This document shows, piece by piece, positions 8,569 through 16,749 of a stretch of 32,000 bases of DNA. How positions within the stretch are numbered: the stretch's first letter is position 1; every line of letters starts with the position of its first letter. Source of the DNA: Chlamydiota bacterium (lineage in GTDB: Bacteria > Auribacterota > JACPWU01); NCBI GenBank assembly GCA_016196885.1, contig JACPWU010000058.1, positions 94 to 32,093 of the forward strand. The letters run 5' to 3'. Below the pieces are notes generated by a model. That model saw only the letters and a list, made by a program, of their open reading frames with translations. It was not told the origin of the DNA and searched no databases. The position numbers were made by a program, and so were the translations under genes.

Positions 8569-9807
8569 ATGGCCAAGGTCATAGAAGTTAAAAACATTTC
8601 AAAACTTTATGCCCTGGGGGTGGTTCAATTCAACACCCTTCGGGATTCCTTGTTAGAGAGGTGGCGCCTCTGGAGAGGTGAGCGAAAGAGCCCTCTCGAG
8701 AGGTCGCTTTCTTCCAATACTTTTTGGGCTTTAAAAGATGTGAGCTTTTCTGTCGAGAGAGGGGAAATTGTCGGGCTCATTGGAAAAAATGCTGCTGGAA
8801 AATCCACGCTCTTAAGAATTTTATCCCACATTACGAAGCCTACCGAAGGACGGGCCATTCTTCGAGGGCGGGTGGGCTCGCTTTTAGAAATTGGAACAGG
8901 ATTTCATCCTGAATTGACCGGCAGGGAAAATATCTATCTCAATGGTGCCATTTTTGGGATGAGGAAGAGCGAGGTGAAAAGAAAGTTGGATGAAATAGTG
9001 GCCTTCGCTGAAATCGAGGCCTTTCTGGACACGCCTGTGAAGCGCTATTCCAGCGGGATGTATGTAAGATTGGCCTTCGCTGTCGCGGCCCATTTGGAGG
9101 CCGAGATCTTATTGGTAGATGAGGTACTGGCCGTCGGAGATATTTCTTTTCAGAGAAAATGTTTGGGAAAAATGGGGGATGTGGTGAAAGAGGGCAGAAC
9201 CATTTTGCTGGTGAGTCATCAAATGGCCGCTGTTGAAAATCTGTGTTCGAGGGCTCTTTTGCTGGAGAAGGGCCGTTTGACACTGGAGGGCTCCACAGAA
9301 GAGGTGATTAAACAATATTTGAAAGGCAATGGGCGATTGTCCGAAAAATTTTTTAAAGGGGAGGCGCAAGGGCATGTTCAAATCAAGATGACCCTGCTTT
9401 CAGAAGACGGCCATCCTGTAGATACCGTTCGTTGTGGCGAAGATGTCACTTTTGTCGTGGAAATCCACACTGAAATTCCTCTTCAGAAGGCAGGCCTTGG
9501 GATTGGTATTTCAGACATGTGGGGTCAGAGGATTGCAACCTTTCACACCCATTATCAGTGCGATTCTAAATGGGAAATTCAAGAGAAGGCGATTTTTAAA
9601 GTTACCTGGCCTGAGAATTTTTTATGCCCAGGGCCGTATTTGATCACGGCCAGTGTTTTTGAAGGGGAGGTCGCGATCAGTTATTGGCCGAATGCGGCCA
9701 CTTTAAACATAGCTCCGAGCGATTACTTTAAAACGGGAAAATTGCCCAATCCCAGTCATCAGGGATATGTTTTGGTCAAGGGAAAATGGGAAGTTAGAGA
9801 CCTCTGA
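8569..9807 (+). CDS. wzt: polysaccharide/O-antigen export ABC ATPase with C-terminal beta-sandwich extension (Wzt_C-like)
   Basis: Walker A GKNAAGKST, signature YSSGMYVRLAF, Walker B ILLVDE. About 150 extra C-terminal residues (HVQIKMTLLSEDGHPVDTVRCGEDVTFVVEIH...) sit where Wzt glycan-terminus-binding domains occur. The start abuts the wzm stop. Confidence 0.88.
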   Translation: MAKVIEVKNISKLYALGVVQFNTLRDSLLERWRLWRGERKSPLERSLSSNTFWALKDVSFSVERGEIVGLIGKNAAGKSTLLRILSHITKPTEGRAILRGRVGSLLEIGTGFHPELTGRENIYLNGAIFGMRKSEVKRKLDEIVAFAEIEAFLDTPVKRYSSGMYVRLAFAVAAHLEAEILLVDEVLAVGDISFQRKCLGKMGDVVKEGRTILLVSHQMAAVENLCSRALLLEKGRLTLEGSTEEVIKQYLKGNGRLSEKFFKGEAQGHVQIKMTLLSEDGHPVDTVRCGEDVTFVVEIHTEIPLQKAGLGIGISDMWGQRIATFHTHYQCDSKWEIQEKAIFKVTWPENFLCPGPYLITASVFEGEVAISYWPNAATLNIAPSDYFKTGKLPNPSHQGYVLVKGKWEVRDL

Positions 9808-9857
9808 AAAAAGCCCATCTTATTGATATTCCTTTTTATCTAAAGGCACGAAGCCAT

Positions 9858-11954
9858 ATGATCAAACGTTTCATCAAAAAAATCTTTCCTCGACGGTATC
9901 GCTTGCTTAAAAGTCCTATTCATCGCCTCGCCTCTTTCGATGAGGGATATTATTTGAGGCGTTATCCGGATGTGAAGGAAGCGGTTCTTCGAGGCCAGTA
10001 TGCCCTAGGTCTGGAGCATTTTTACACGGTCGGCCAGTTTGAGGGCCGCCGGCCGAACGCCCTTTGGAAAATTATTTTTCCTCAAGCAGGAATGACAAAG
10101 AGCAGTGAGAAAGGTAGATTTTTTCCTTCAACAAATCTCGATCTTCTCATCCCTTCCTCTCTCAATCCTGAGTTGAGCATTGTCATGGATGGCTCTGATG
10201 TCCATCAAAATATTTTTCTTCTTCTTTCATCTCTCTTGAGAGAAAAACTGGATTCTTTTGAAATCATAATCGTGAATGGTCAAGATAAAGAGGGGATGAA
10301 ACGGGTTCAGGGCCTCAAAATGATCTCACTTGAGAAGGGTCAATCTTTTTTCGAAAAGACAGTAGAAATCGTAAAAGGAACATATATTTTATTCTTAGCG
10401 GGAGAAATACGCCTCTTTGCAAAAAGTGTTTCCTCGGCTTTAGAAGTGATGAAATCCTCTGAAAGAATGGGTGCAGTGGGAGCGAAGATCATGGATGCAA
10501 GGGGAGTTTTATTAGAGGCGGGGGGAGTGATTTCACAACAAGGGTTGTGTGAGAGTCGTGGGTTTGGGGATTTACCTTTCCGTTCGCAGTATCTCTACAA
10601 AAAAGAAGTAGACTTTTTCTCCCCCTCTTTTTTTCTCACCCGAAAAGATTTTCTGATGAAGTATCAAGAGGCTTTGGCAAGAGATTGGGTCGGCTATTGC
10701 CTGAGGCTTCAAAAGGATGGATGGGAAATCGTTTATCATCCCTCTTCCATGGTGGTTTATTTTGGGGAGTCATTTTTGCAAAGTCAAAAAAAGTTTCAAC
10801 CCCCTGTGAGAAAGATTCAAAATAAAAAAAGGATTTTGTATTTAGATGATCGCATCCCTCACATCTTTCTAGGATCTGGCTTCCCCCGAACCAATGTCAT
10901 TTTAAAACTCATGGTCCAGATGGGATATTTTGTCACCTTTTATCCTAAAACAGATTCCTACGAAAAACTTCCCAGGATTTATCAGGACATTCCTTTAGAA
11001 GCAGAGCTCGTGGTAGACCGAGAGCTTACCCATTTTGAAAAATTTTTGTCTGGAAGAAAAGGCTTCTACGACATTCTGTTCGTCAGCCGTCCTCACAACA
11101 TGCAGACGATTCAGGAGCTGCGTCAAAAAAATCCAGATCTCTTTCGAAATCTAAAAATCATTTATGATGCTGAAGCGGTTTTTGGATTAAGGAAGGTGAG
11201 GGAAATGGAATTGAAGGGTAAACACTTTTCTGAAGAAGAAGTGAAAAAAATGATCTCAAAAGAGATCGAGATCACAAAGAATTGTGATGCCGTGATCTCC
11301 GTTTCAGAGAAAGAGGCCTCACTTTTTCGAAATCAGGGATGTCGTGATGTTCATGTCTTGGGACATGCGGTAGAGGTTTTACCCACCCCCCCTTCCTTTC
11401 ATGAAAGAAAAAATTTTTTATTCGTTGGACCTTTAAACTATTGTCATTCTCCCAATGCAGATGCCGTTCTTTGGTTTTCTCAAAAAATATTTCCTCTGGT
11501 TCTCAAGTCTCTGTCAGAAGAAGTAAACTTCACCCGGGTTGGGTATAATCAGTGCCGTATCATTGAAAGGTTGAAACATTCCAGAATCAGGCAATTGCCC
11601 AGAATAGAGGATTTGAAGGCAACCTATGATGCCTTTAAAATATTTGTGGTTCCCACCCGATTTTCGGCGGGCATCCCACTGAAGGTTTTGGAGGCTGCTG
11701 CCCATGGGATTCCTGTGGTGGCTACTCCCTTGGTAGCTGAGCAGTTGGGCTGGAAGAATGGGTACGAACTTTTGGTGGGACAGGATGAACAAAGATTCGC
11801 GGAACAATGTGTCCGATTGTATCAGGATGAGAAATTATGGAATCACATTCGTCAAAATGCACTTCACAGGGTTCAGCAAGATTGTTCGATGGAAAATTTT
11901 TCTGGGCGTCTTAAGATGGTTTTGGAAGAAACATTGAATAGCGTAAGAGTTTAG
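9858..11954 (+). CDS. multi-module glycosyltransferase (N-terminal YL..YPDV/HY..G..EGR motif, degenerate GT2-like middle, GT4/GT1-like C-terminus)
   Basis: 698 aa. The middle region contains GAKIMDARGVLLEAGGVI (GT2-type). The C-terminus has FVVPTRFSAGIPLKVLEAAAHGIPVVATP (GT4 E-x7-E-region type). Confidence 0.75.
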   Translation: MIKRFIKKIFPRRYRLLKSPIHRLASFDEGYYLRRYPDVKEAVLRGQYALGLEHFYTVGQFEGRRPNALWKIIFPQAGMTKSSEKGRFFPSTNLDLLIPSSLNPELSIVMDGSDVHQNIFLLLSSLLREKLDSFEIIIVNGQDKEGMKRVQGLKMISLEKGQSFFEKTVEIVKGTYILFLAGEIRLFAKSVSSALEVMKSSERMGAVGAKIMDARGVLLEAGGVISQQGLCESRGFGDLPFRSQYLYKKEVDFFSPSFFLTRKDFLMKYQEALARDWVGYCLRLQKDGWEIVYHPSSMVVYFGESFLQSQKKFQPPVRKIQNKKRILYLDDRIPHIFLGSGFPRTNVILKLMVQMGYFVTFYPKTDSYEKLPRIYQDIPLEAELVVDRELTHFEKFLSGRKGFYDILFVSRPHNMQTIQELRQKNPDLFRNLKIIYDAEAVFGLRKVREMELKGKHFSEEEVKKMISKEIEITKNCDAVISVSEKEASLFRNQGCRDVHVLGHAVEVLPTPPSFHERKNFLFVGPLNYCHSPNADAVLWFSQKIFPLVLKSLSEEVNFTRVGYNQCRIIERLKHSRIRQLPRIEDLKATYDAFKIFVVPTRFSAGIPLKVLEAAAHGIPVVATPLVAEQLGWKNGYELLVGQDEQRFAEQCVRLYQDEKLWNHIRQNALHRVQQDCSMENFSGRLKMVLEETLNSVRV

Positions 11955-11960
11955 CTTGTA

Positions 11961-12110
11961 TTTTCCATTCCTGTCATTCCCGCAGGCTTCAACGAAATAG
12001 CCCCTGTGGGGTAAGCGGGAATCCAAAAATGGATCCGTCCCCGAGAGTTTTAGTCGGGGATCCATCTATTTCGGGGATGACAAGGGACGGACACTTAGGA
12101 ATGGCAAAAC
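11961..12110. repeat. structured intergenic element with nested inverted repeats (REP/MITE-like)
   Basis: Outer inverted repeat CCATTCCT (11965-11972) / AGGAATGG (12097-12104). Also GTCATTCCC (11973-11981) / GGGGATGAC (12073-12081). Inner stems are TTCCCGC/GCGGGAA (11977-11983 / 12015-12021) and TCCCCGA/TCGGGGA (12038-12044 / 12054-12060). Confidence 0.5.
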
Positions 12111-12172
12111 CATAGGTCTTTTGAACTGAAGGGTGCAAGCTAAACCGTTATCCAATAACAAGGTGTAATACA

Positions 12173-13090
12173 ATGTCATACAGCATCGTTATTCCCAATT
12201 ACAATGGCTCTGAGATCATCGGGCCTTTGCTAGAACAAATAAAGACTTGGCTTGCCCAGTGGCCCGGCGAAGTCATTGTGGTGGATGATGCAAGCACGGA
12301 TGAGAGTGTTCGTTTCATGCAGGAGAAATTTCCCTTTGTGAAATTAATTTTACATCAGGTGAATGCGGGTTTCTCAAAGACCTCCAACGATGGGATTTCA
12401 GCAGCCCATTTTGATGAAATCCTTTTACTGAACAATGACACCCGTTTACTGGAAGGGAAAATTTTGGATCTCTTTGAACCTTTGAGAAAAGATCCGAATA
12501 CGTTTGTCGTTGTTCCCGTGATTGTAGGAGAAAAAGAGGGAAAGGAAATTTGCGAATCTTCGATGGAACTCATTTTGGGTGAAGGGGGATTTCACATTAG
12601 AAATCTGAGTGCCCCCGATGCCCATTTTCCCAAAAAGGATTTAAGCCCTATTCCTTATGGTACGGCTACGGCCTGCGCCTTTTCAAAGAGGAAATTCCTA
12701 GAGTTGGGAGGCTTTGAATCTTTTTTTGCCCCTGGCTATTACGAAGATGTGGACCTTTCTTTTAAGGCCTTGTCCAAAGAGTGGAAGGTCCTGATTCAGC
12801 CTTCCGTCAAATTTCGTCATTTTACCGCGACCACTTTTTCGAAATATTACTGTAATCGCATGGAAATTTTTGTGAGAAACTGGTGGCTGATGCAATGGCT
12901 TTGGCTGCCGACCTGGAGGCTCGCTTCTCATTTTTTATGGATTCCGTATCACATGATGAAATGTGTTTCGATGAGACAATTTTGGAGAATTCGGAGTTTT
13001 TTGAAGGCCTTGACCCGAATTCATCGTGTTTTTTCGCGGAGAAGAAAATTTATTCCAACAGAGACATTATTTAAAAGATTTTTAAAATGA
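12173..13090 (+). CDS. glycosyltransferase family 2
   Basis: YSIVIPNYNGSEII...VIVVDDASTDES and LLLNNDT are the classic GT2 N-terminal motifs. Confidence 0.85.
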   Translation: MSYSIVIPNYNGSEIIGPLLEQIKTWLAQWPGEVIVVDDASTDESVRFMQEKFPFVKLILHQVNAGFSKTSNDGISAAHFDEILLLNNDTRLLEGKILDLFEPLRKDPNTFVVVPVIVGEKEGKEICESSMELILGEGGFHIRNLSAPDAHFPKKDLSPIPYGTATACAFSKRKFLELGGFESFFAPGYYEDVDLSFKALSKEWKVLIQPSVKFRHFTATTFSKYYCNRMEIFVRNWWLMQWLWLPTWRLASHFLWIPYHMMKCVSMRQFWRIRSFLKALTRIHRVFSRRRKFIPTETLFKRFLK

Positions 13091-13270
13091 ATTAACTCCC
13101 CTCAGCCCAGCAAGGGAGGCTTTTCTACCAGTGGCAGTGCAAAGCCGACTGCGGTAGTAGATGTTTTTTTACAGCTCTCACCTTAAATAAAAGGGGGGCT
13201 CTGCGCTCTTTGGGTGAGGGGAGTTTTTTTACTCTCCCCTTTAGTTAAAAGGGGAGTCGGAGGGGTTAAG
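13091..13270. repeat. composite structured intergenic repeat (MITE-like; imperfect termini TTAACTCCCC / GGAGGGGTTAA)
   Basis: 11-bp perfect inverted repeat AACTCCCCTCA (13094-13104) / TGAGGGGAGTT (13215-13225). Hairpin CTCCCCTTT (13234-13242) / AAAGGGGAG (13248-13256). Both modules recur elsewhere in the window, at 31898-31965 and 31301-31335. Confidence 0.5.
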
Positions 13271-13280
13271 TTTTCCTTAT

Positions 13281-14336
13281 ATGAAAAAAATTCTTTTCCT
13301 AACCCACGGACCCATCGAGGCTGCCTCCAGCCGGGTGAGGGTGTATCAGTTTTTGCCCTATTTAGATGAGCGGGGGATCGCCTATGAGATTCTTCCGGCC
13401 TTGCCTTCCGATGTGTTCCAAAAATATTATCCTTGCTCAAGGTTATTCTCTAAGCTTGCTTTTTGGGGAATGCTTTTTGTGAGGCGATTGAAACATCTTT
13501 TGTTGCTCAAAAGATACGACGTCATTTTTTTGCAAAGGGAGGTAATGCCTTACCTGCCGCCTTTTTTTGAAAAAATCATTCGTCGAAAAGCCTCGCGCTT
13601 GATCTTTGATTTTGACGATGCCATTTATCTCTCCAGAAAAACAGGATTTTGGGCGCGTCTTCAGAGACAAAAAATTGAAAAGATCGTTTGTTGGAGCGAT
13701 CAAATCATTGTGGGAAATGAATATTTGGCCTCTTTTGCAAAATCACTCAACTCACATGTAAAAGTGATTCCTTCCTGTGTGGATACGGAGCGATATGTTC
13801 CGCTCGCTCAGAAAAATTCTCTTCCCATCGTTGTTTGGGTGGGGACTCCCAGTTCTCTTCCCTATTTGAAGATGATGCAGGGGATTTTAAGACGATTCAG
13901 TTCTCAAGAGAATTTTGTGATGCGGGTGGTGGGGGCAGATCCTCGAGACTCTCTGGGAATTCCGGTTCAATTTCTTCCTTGGGATCTCCAGAGAGAAGGG
14001 GGGGATTTGCGAACGGCAGACATTGGAATCATGCCGCTTGCAAACGGAGAAAGAGAGTGCGGTAAGTGTGGGTACAAATTGCTTCAATACATGGCCTGCG
14101 GGCTCCCTGTGATTGCATCCGATGTGGGCGTTAATAGCGAGATTGTTTTAGAAGGGGTCACTGGATTTCTCGTTTGCAGTGAAGCTGAATGGGAGGAGAA
14201 ACTCAAATTGCTTTTACGAGATGAAAAATTGAGAGAAAAAATGGGGGCTGAGGGAAGAAAGAGGGCAGAGTCTTTGTATTCTCTGAAGCGTTTTTCACAA
14301 GAATGGGTTTCGATGGTTGAAGAGGAGTCATCGTGA
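13281..14336 (+). CDS. glycosyltransferase family 4/1 (GT-B fold)
   Basis: 351 aa. The C-terminal half carries the GT1 motif region (KLLQYMACGLPVIASDVGVNSEIVLEGVTGFLV). Confidence 0.8.
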   Translation: MKKILFLTHGPIEAASSRVRVYQFLPYLDERGIAYEILPALPSDVFQKYYPCSRLFSKLAFWGMLFVRRLKHLLLLKRYDVIFLQREVMPYLPPFFEKIIRRKASRLIFDFDDAIYLSRKTGFWARLQRQKIEKIVCWSDQIIVGNEYLASFAKSLNSHVKVIPSCVDTERYVPLAQKNSLPIVVWVGTPSSLPYLKMMQGILRRFSSQENFVMRVVGADPRDSLGIPVQFLPWDLQREGGDLRTADIGIMPLANGERECGKCGYKLLQYMACGLPVIASDVGVNSEIVLEGVTGFLVCSEAEWEEKLKLLLRDEKLREKMGAEGRKRAESLYSLKRFSQEWVSMVEEESS

Positions 14337-15427
14337 AATACAAATTGTGTATCTTAACCACGGATTCATCGTGGGGCGGAACAGAAAAAATGATTGAGAC
14401 CCTTGTCAAAGGTCTTTTCACTTCTTATGAGATTTCTGTCGTAAGCTTGAGAGGGGATGGAACCCTGATCCATCGTGTTCGCCCCTTTTGCAAGGAAGCG
14501 GTCAATCTACAAATGCGTTCTAAATGGGATGTCGGGGCCCTTTACCGACTTTGGAAATTTTTAAAAAAGGGGCATTACGAAATTCTTCACACCTTTCTTT
14601 TTCACGCCAATATTTTGGGAAGAATCTTGGGCAAACTTTTGAGAGTCGCTGTCATCATTTCTTCTCAAAGAAATGTAGACCCTTGGCGAAAAATCCATCA
14701 TGTGTGGCTGGACCGCTGGACCTCTTCTTTCAGTGATGTTGTGATTTCGAATTCTAAGGCGGGTCAGGACCGCTTGGTCTCGATAGAAAAAATTCCGTCT
14801 CAAAAGATAGAAGTGGTTTACAACGGCTTGGATTTCTCTGAAATTCCTGTAAAAAATAAACATGTTTCATCAGATCATTATGGCGTGGGAATGGTTGGAA
14901 ATTTTTGGGGAATGAAGGGAGAGGCCAAGGGGTATTTTTACTTTATCGAGGCGGCTCAAAGGCTTTTGAAAATTCGGGAGGATGTTTATTTTTTGCTTGT
15001 GGGTGCGGGTGACAGGCAAAAATATGAAAAAAGGGTGAGCGAGCTTGGCCTCCAAAATCATTTTCGTTTTCTGGGCGGGGTCACTTCTATTTATGAGGCC
15101 TTGGCGTTGATGGATGTTTTTGTGCTTCCTTCCGAGTGGGAGGGTTTTCCTGTAAGCATCTTAGAGGCGATGGCGTTTGGCGTTCCCGTGATTGCAACAC
15201 AGGTAGGGGGCATTCCTGAACTGATTGAAAATGGTGAAACGGGCCTTTTGATTCCTCCTCGAGACCCTCTTGCGATCGAGGAGGCCATTTTAAGATTGTT
15301 GGACAATCCTGTTTTGAGGGAGCGATTGGTTAAGAACGCAAAGAAAATAGTTTCAGAGCATTTTCGACAAGAGAGAATGATTGAGGAGACTCAGAAAATT
15401 TATTTGAGGCTGTTAAATAGCTTATGA
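14333..15427 (+). CDS. glycosyltransferase family 4
   Basis: PSEWEGFPVSILEAMAFGVPVIATQVGGIPELIENGETGLL is the GT4 EX7E motif. The GTG start overlaps the upstream stop (GTGA). Confidence 0.85.
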   Translation: MKYKLCILTTDSSWGGTEKMIETLVKGLFTSYEISVVSLRGDGTLIHRVRPFCKEAVNLQMRSKWDVGALYRLWKFLKKGHYEILHTFLFHANILGRILGKLLRVAVIISSQRNVDPWRKIHHVWLDRWTSSFSDVVISNSKAGQDRLVSIEKIPSQKIEVVYNGLDFSEIPVKNKHVSSDHYGVGMVGNFWGMKGEAKGYFYFIEAAQRLLKIREDVYFLLVGAGDRQKYEKRVSELGLQNHFRFLGGVTSIYEALALMDVFVLPSEWEGFPVSILEAMAFGVPVIATQVGGIPELIENGETGLLIPPRDPLAIEEAILRLLDNPVLRERLVKNAKKIVSEHFRQERMIEETQKIYLRLLNSL

Positions 15428-16608
15428 CATCAAAAATTAAAGTCTGTCACGTGATTACCCGTTTGATCATCGGAGGGGCACAGGAGAATACCCTTTTCAC
15501 GGTAGAGGGTTTATCTCAAAAAAATGATTTTGACGTGACCTTGGTTTATGGTCCAGAAAAGGGACCCGAGGGAGATTTAAGTTTGAAAATGAAGTCGCCC
15601 GCGCGTTTTAGGACAAGGGTCGAACCCTTCTTGAGAAGGAATATTCATCCCCTCTATGATGCGATGGCCTTTTTGAGACTTCTTATTTTTTTTCGCAAAG
15701 AGCATTTTCAAATTGTGCACACGCACAGTTCCAAGGCTGGTATTTTGGCCCGCCTCGCTGCCTTTTGTGCAGGTGTTCCTGTCATTGTTCATACCATTCA
15801 TGGCCTCCCATTCCACGCCTTTCAAAATATTTGGGTGAATCGTTTGTACCGATGGCTTGAGCGTGTGTCGGCCCTTTGGACACAACGCATCATTGCTGTT
15901 GCGGATGCCATGACGCGGCAGGCAGTCCAGGCCAGGGTTGCCCCCCAAGAAAAATTTATGACCATTCACAGCGGGATGGACTTGGACGTTTTTATTCATC
16001 CCCCCAGAGATGTTCAAATGATCCGAGAAAAGTGGGGACTCTCTCCCACCGATTGGGTGGTGGGAAAAATTGCGCGGCTCTTTTATCTTAAAGGACATGA
16101 ATATCTCATTCAAGCGGCCTCAAAGGTGGTGAACGAATTTCCCAAGGTGAAATTTTTGCTGGTGGGAGATGGTATTTTAAAAGATGATTTAAAGAAAAAA
16201 ATTGCAGAGTCAGGATTGGAAAAAAATTTTATTTTTGCAGGCCTCGTTTCTCCCGAGCAAATCCCCTCCATGATTGCTATCATGGATGTGGTGGTGCATG
16301 TTTCTTTGCGGGAAGGCTTGGCCAAGGTTTTGCCTCAGAGCTTGGCTTCGGGCAAGCCCGTGATTGCCTTTGATTTGGACGGTGCCAATGAAGTGGTGCG
16401 GGATGGGGTGAATGGATTTCTCATTCGTCCTTTTGATATTTCTTCTTTAAGCGAGGCCATTTTAAAATTAAAAAGAGATCCAGGGCTTTCCCGTCGTTTA
16501 GGTCAACGGGGTCTTGAAACCGTGGATCCTTATTTTAGGAAAGAGTACATGGTGGGGAGGATTGAGGAAGTTTATAGGGGGTTGATAGGGATTGATGATA
16601 GAATATAA
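15424..16608 (+). CDS. glycosyltransferase family 4
   Basis: N-terminal VCHVITRLIIGGAQ and C-terminal SLREGLAKVLPQSLASGKPVIAFDLDGANEVVRDGVNGFL. The ATG overlaps the upstream stop (ATGA). Confidence 0.85.
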   Translation: MTSKIKVCHVITRLIIGGAQENTLFTVEGLSQKNDFDVTLVYGPEKGPEGDLSLKMKSPARFRTRVEPFLRRNIHPLYDAMAFLRLLIFFRKEHFQIVHTHSSKAGILARLAAFCAGVPVIVHTIHGLPFHAFQNIWVNRLYRWLERVSALWTQRIIAVADAMTRQAVQARVAPQEKFMTIHSGMDLDVFIHPPRDVQMIREKWGLSPTDWVVGKIARLFYLKGHEYLIQAASKVVNEFPKVKFLLVGDGILKDDLKKKIAESGLEKNFIFAGLVSPEQIPSMIAIMDVVVHVSLREGLAKVLPQSLASGKPVIAFDLDGANEVVRDGVNGFLIRPFDISSLSEAILKLKRDPGLSRRLGQRGLETVDPYFRKEYMVGRIEEVYRGLIGIDDRI

Positions 16609-16749
16609 AATGAGTTTAATAACCAATAACCAATTTCAAATGACAAATGAATAATCCAATGTCCAATTCCCAACGATTTAAGCCTTGGGAAATTAGCGTT
16701 GGTCCTTGGAATTAATTTGTCATTGATAATTGAGAATTTGTCATTCGCT
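16609..16749. repeat. AT-rich low-complexity intergenic repeats containing a thrice-repeated 10-mer
   Basis: AATGACAAAT at 16639-16648, with its reverse complement ATTTGTCATT at 16715-16724 and 16736-16745. Also CCAAT-type short repeats and a direct repeat CCTTGG(G)AA(A)TTA at 16683-16695 / 16704-16714. Confidence 0.45.

Noticed and set aside
7714-9807. Interpreting the ABC-2 transporter as a TagGH teichoic-acid exporter
   Set aside because: The context is a WecA-type initiator, an O-antigen-ligase-family protein, an OMP-like barrel elsewhere in the window and a Wzt_C-type extension. This fits a diderm O-polysaccharide-type pathway better, although sequence alone cannot exclude other glycans.
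11835-12065. 76-aa minus-strand ORF across the 11961-12110 element
   Set aside because: Its translation (..LDSRLPHRGYFVEACGNDRNGK..) is the kind of pseudo-peptide produced by dispersed inverted-repeat elements. It overlaps the end of the 698-aa GT gene and has no start context.
13091-13280. Possibility that the recurring intergenic repeats (13.1, 19.7, 31.2 and 31.9 kb) form a CRISPR array
   Set aside because: The copies are kilobases apart, separated by genes, imperfect, and internally palindromic with different modules. There is no regular repeat-spacer periodicity and no cas genes.
13183-13440. 85-aa minus-strand ORF spanning the repeat element and the start of the GT4 gene
   Set aside because: It is repeat-derived and antisense to a well-supported GT gene. 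It has no motifs.
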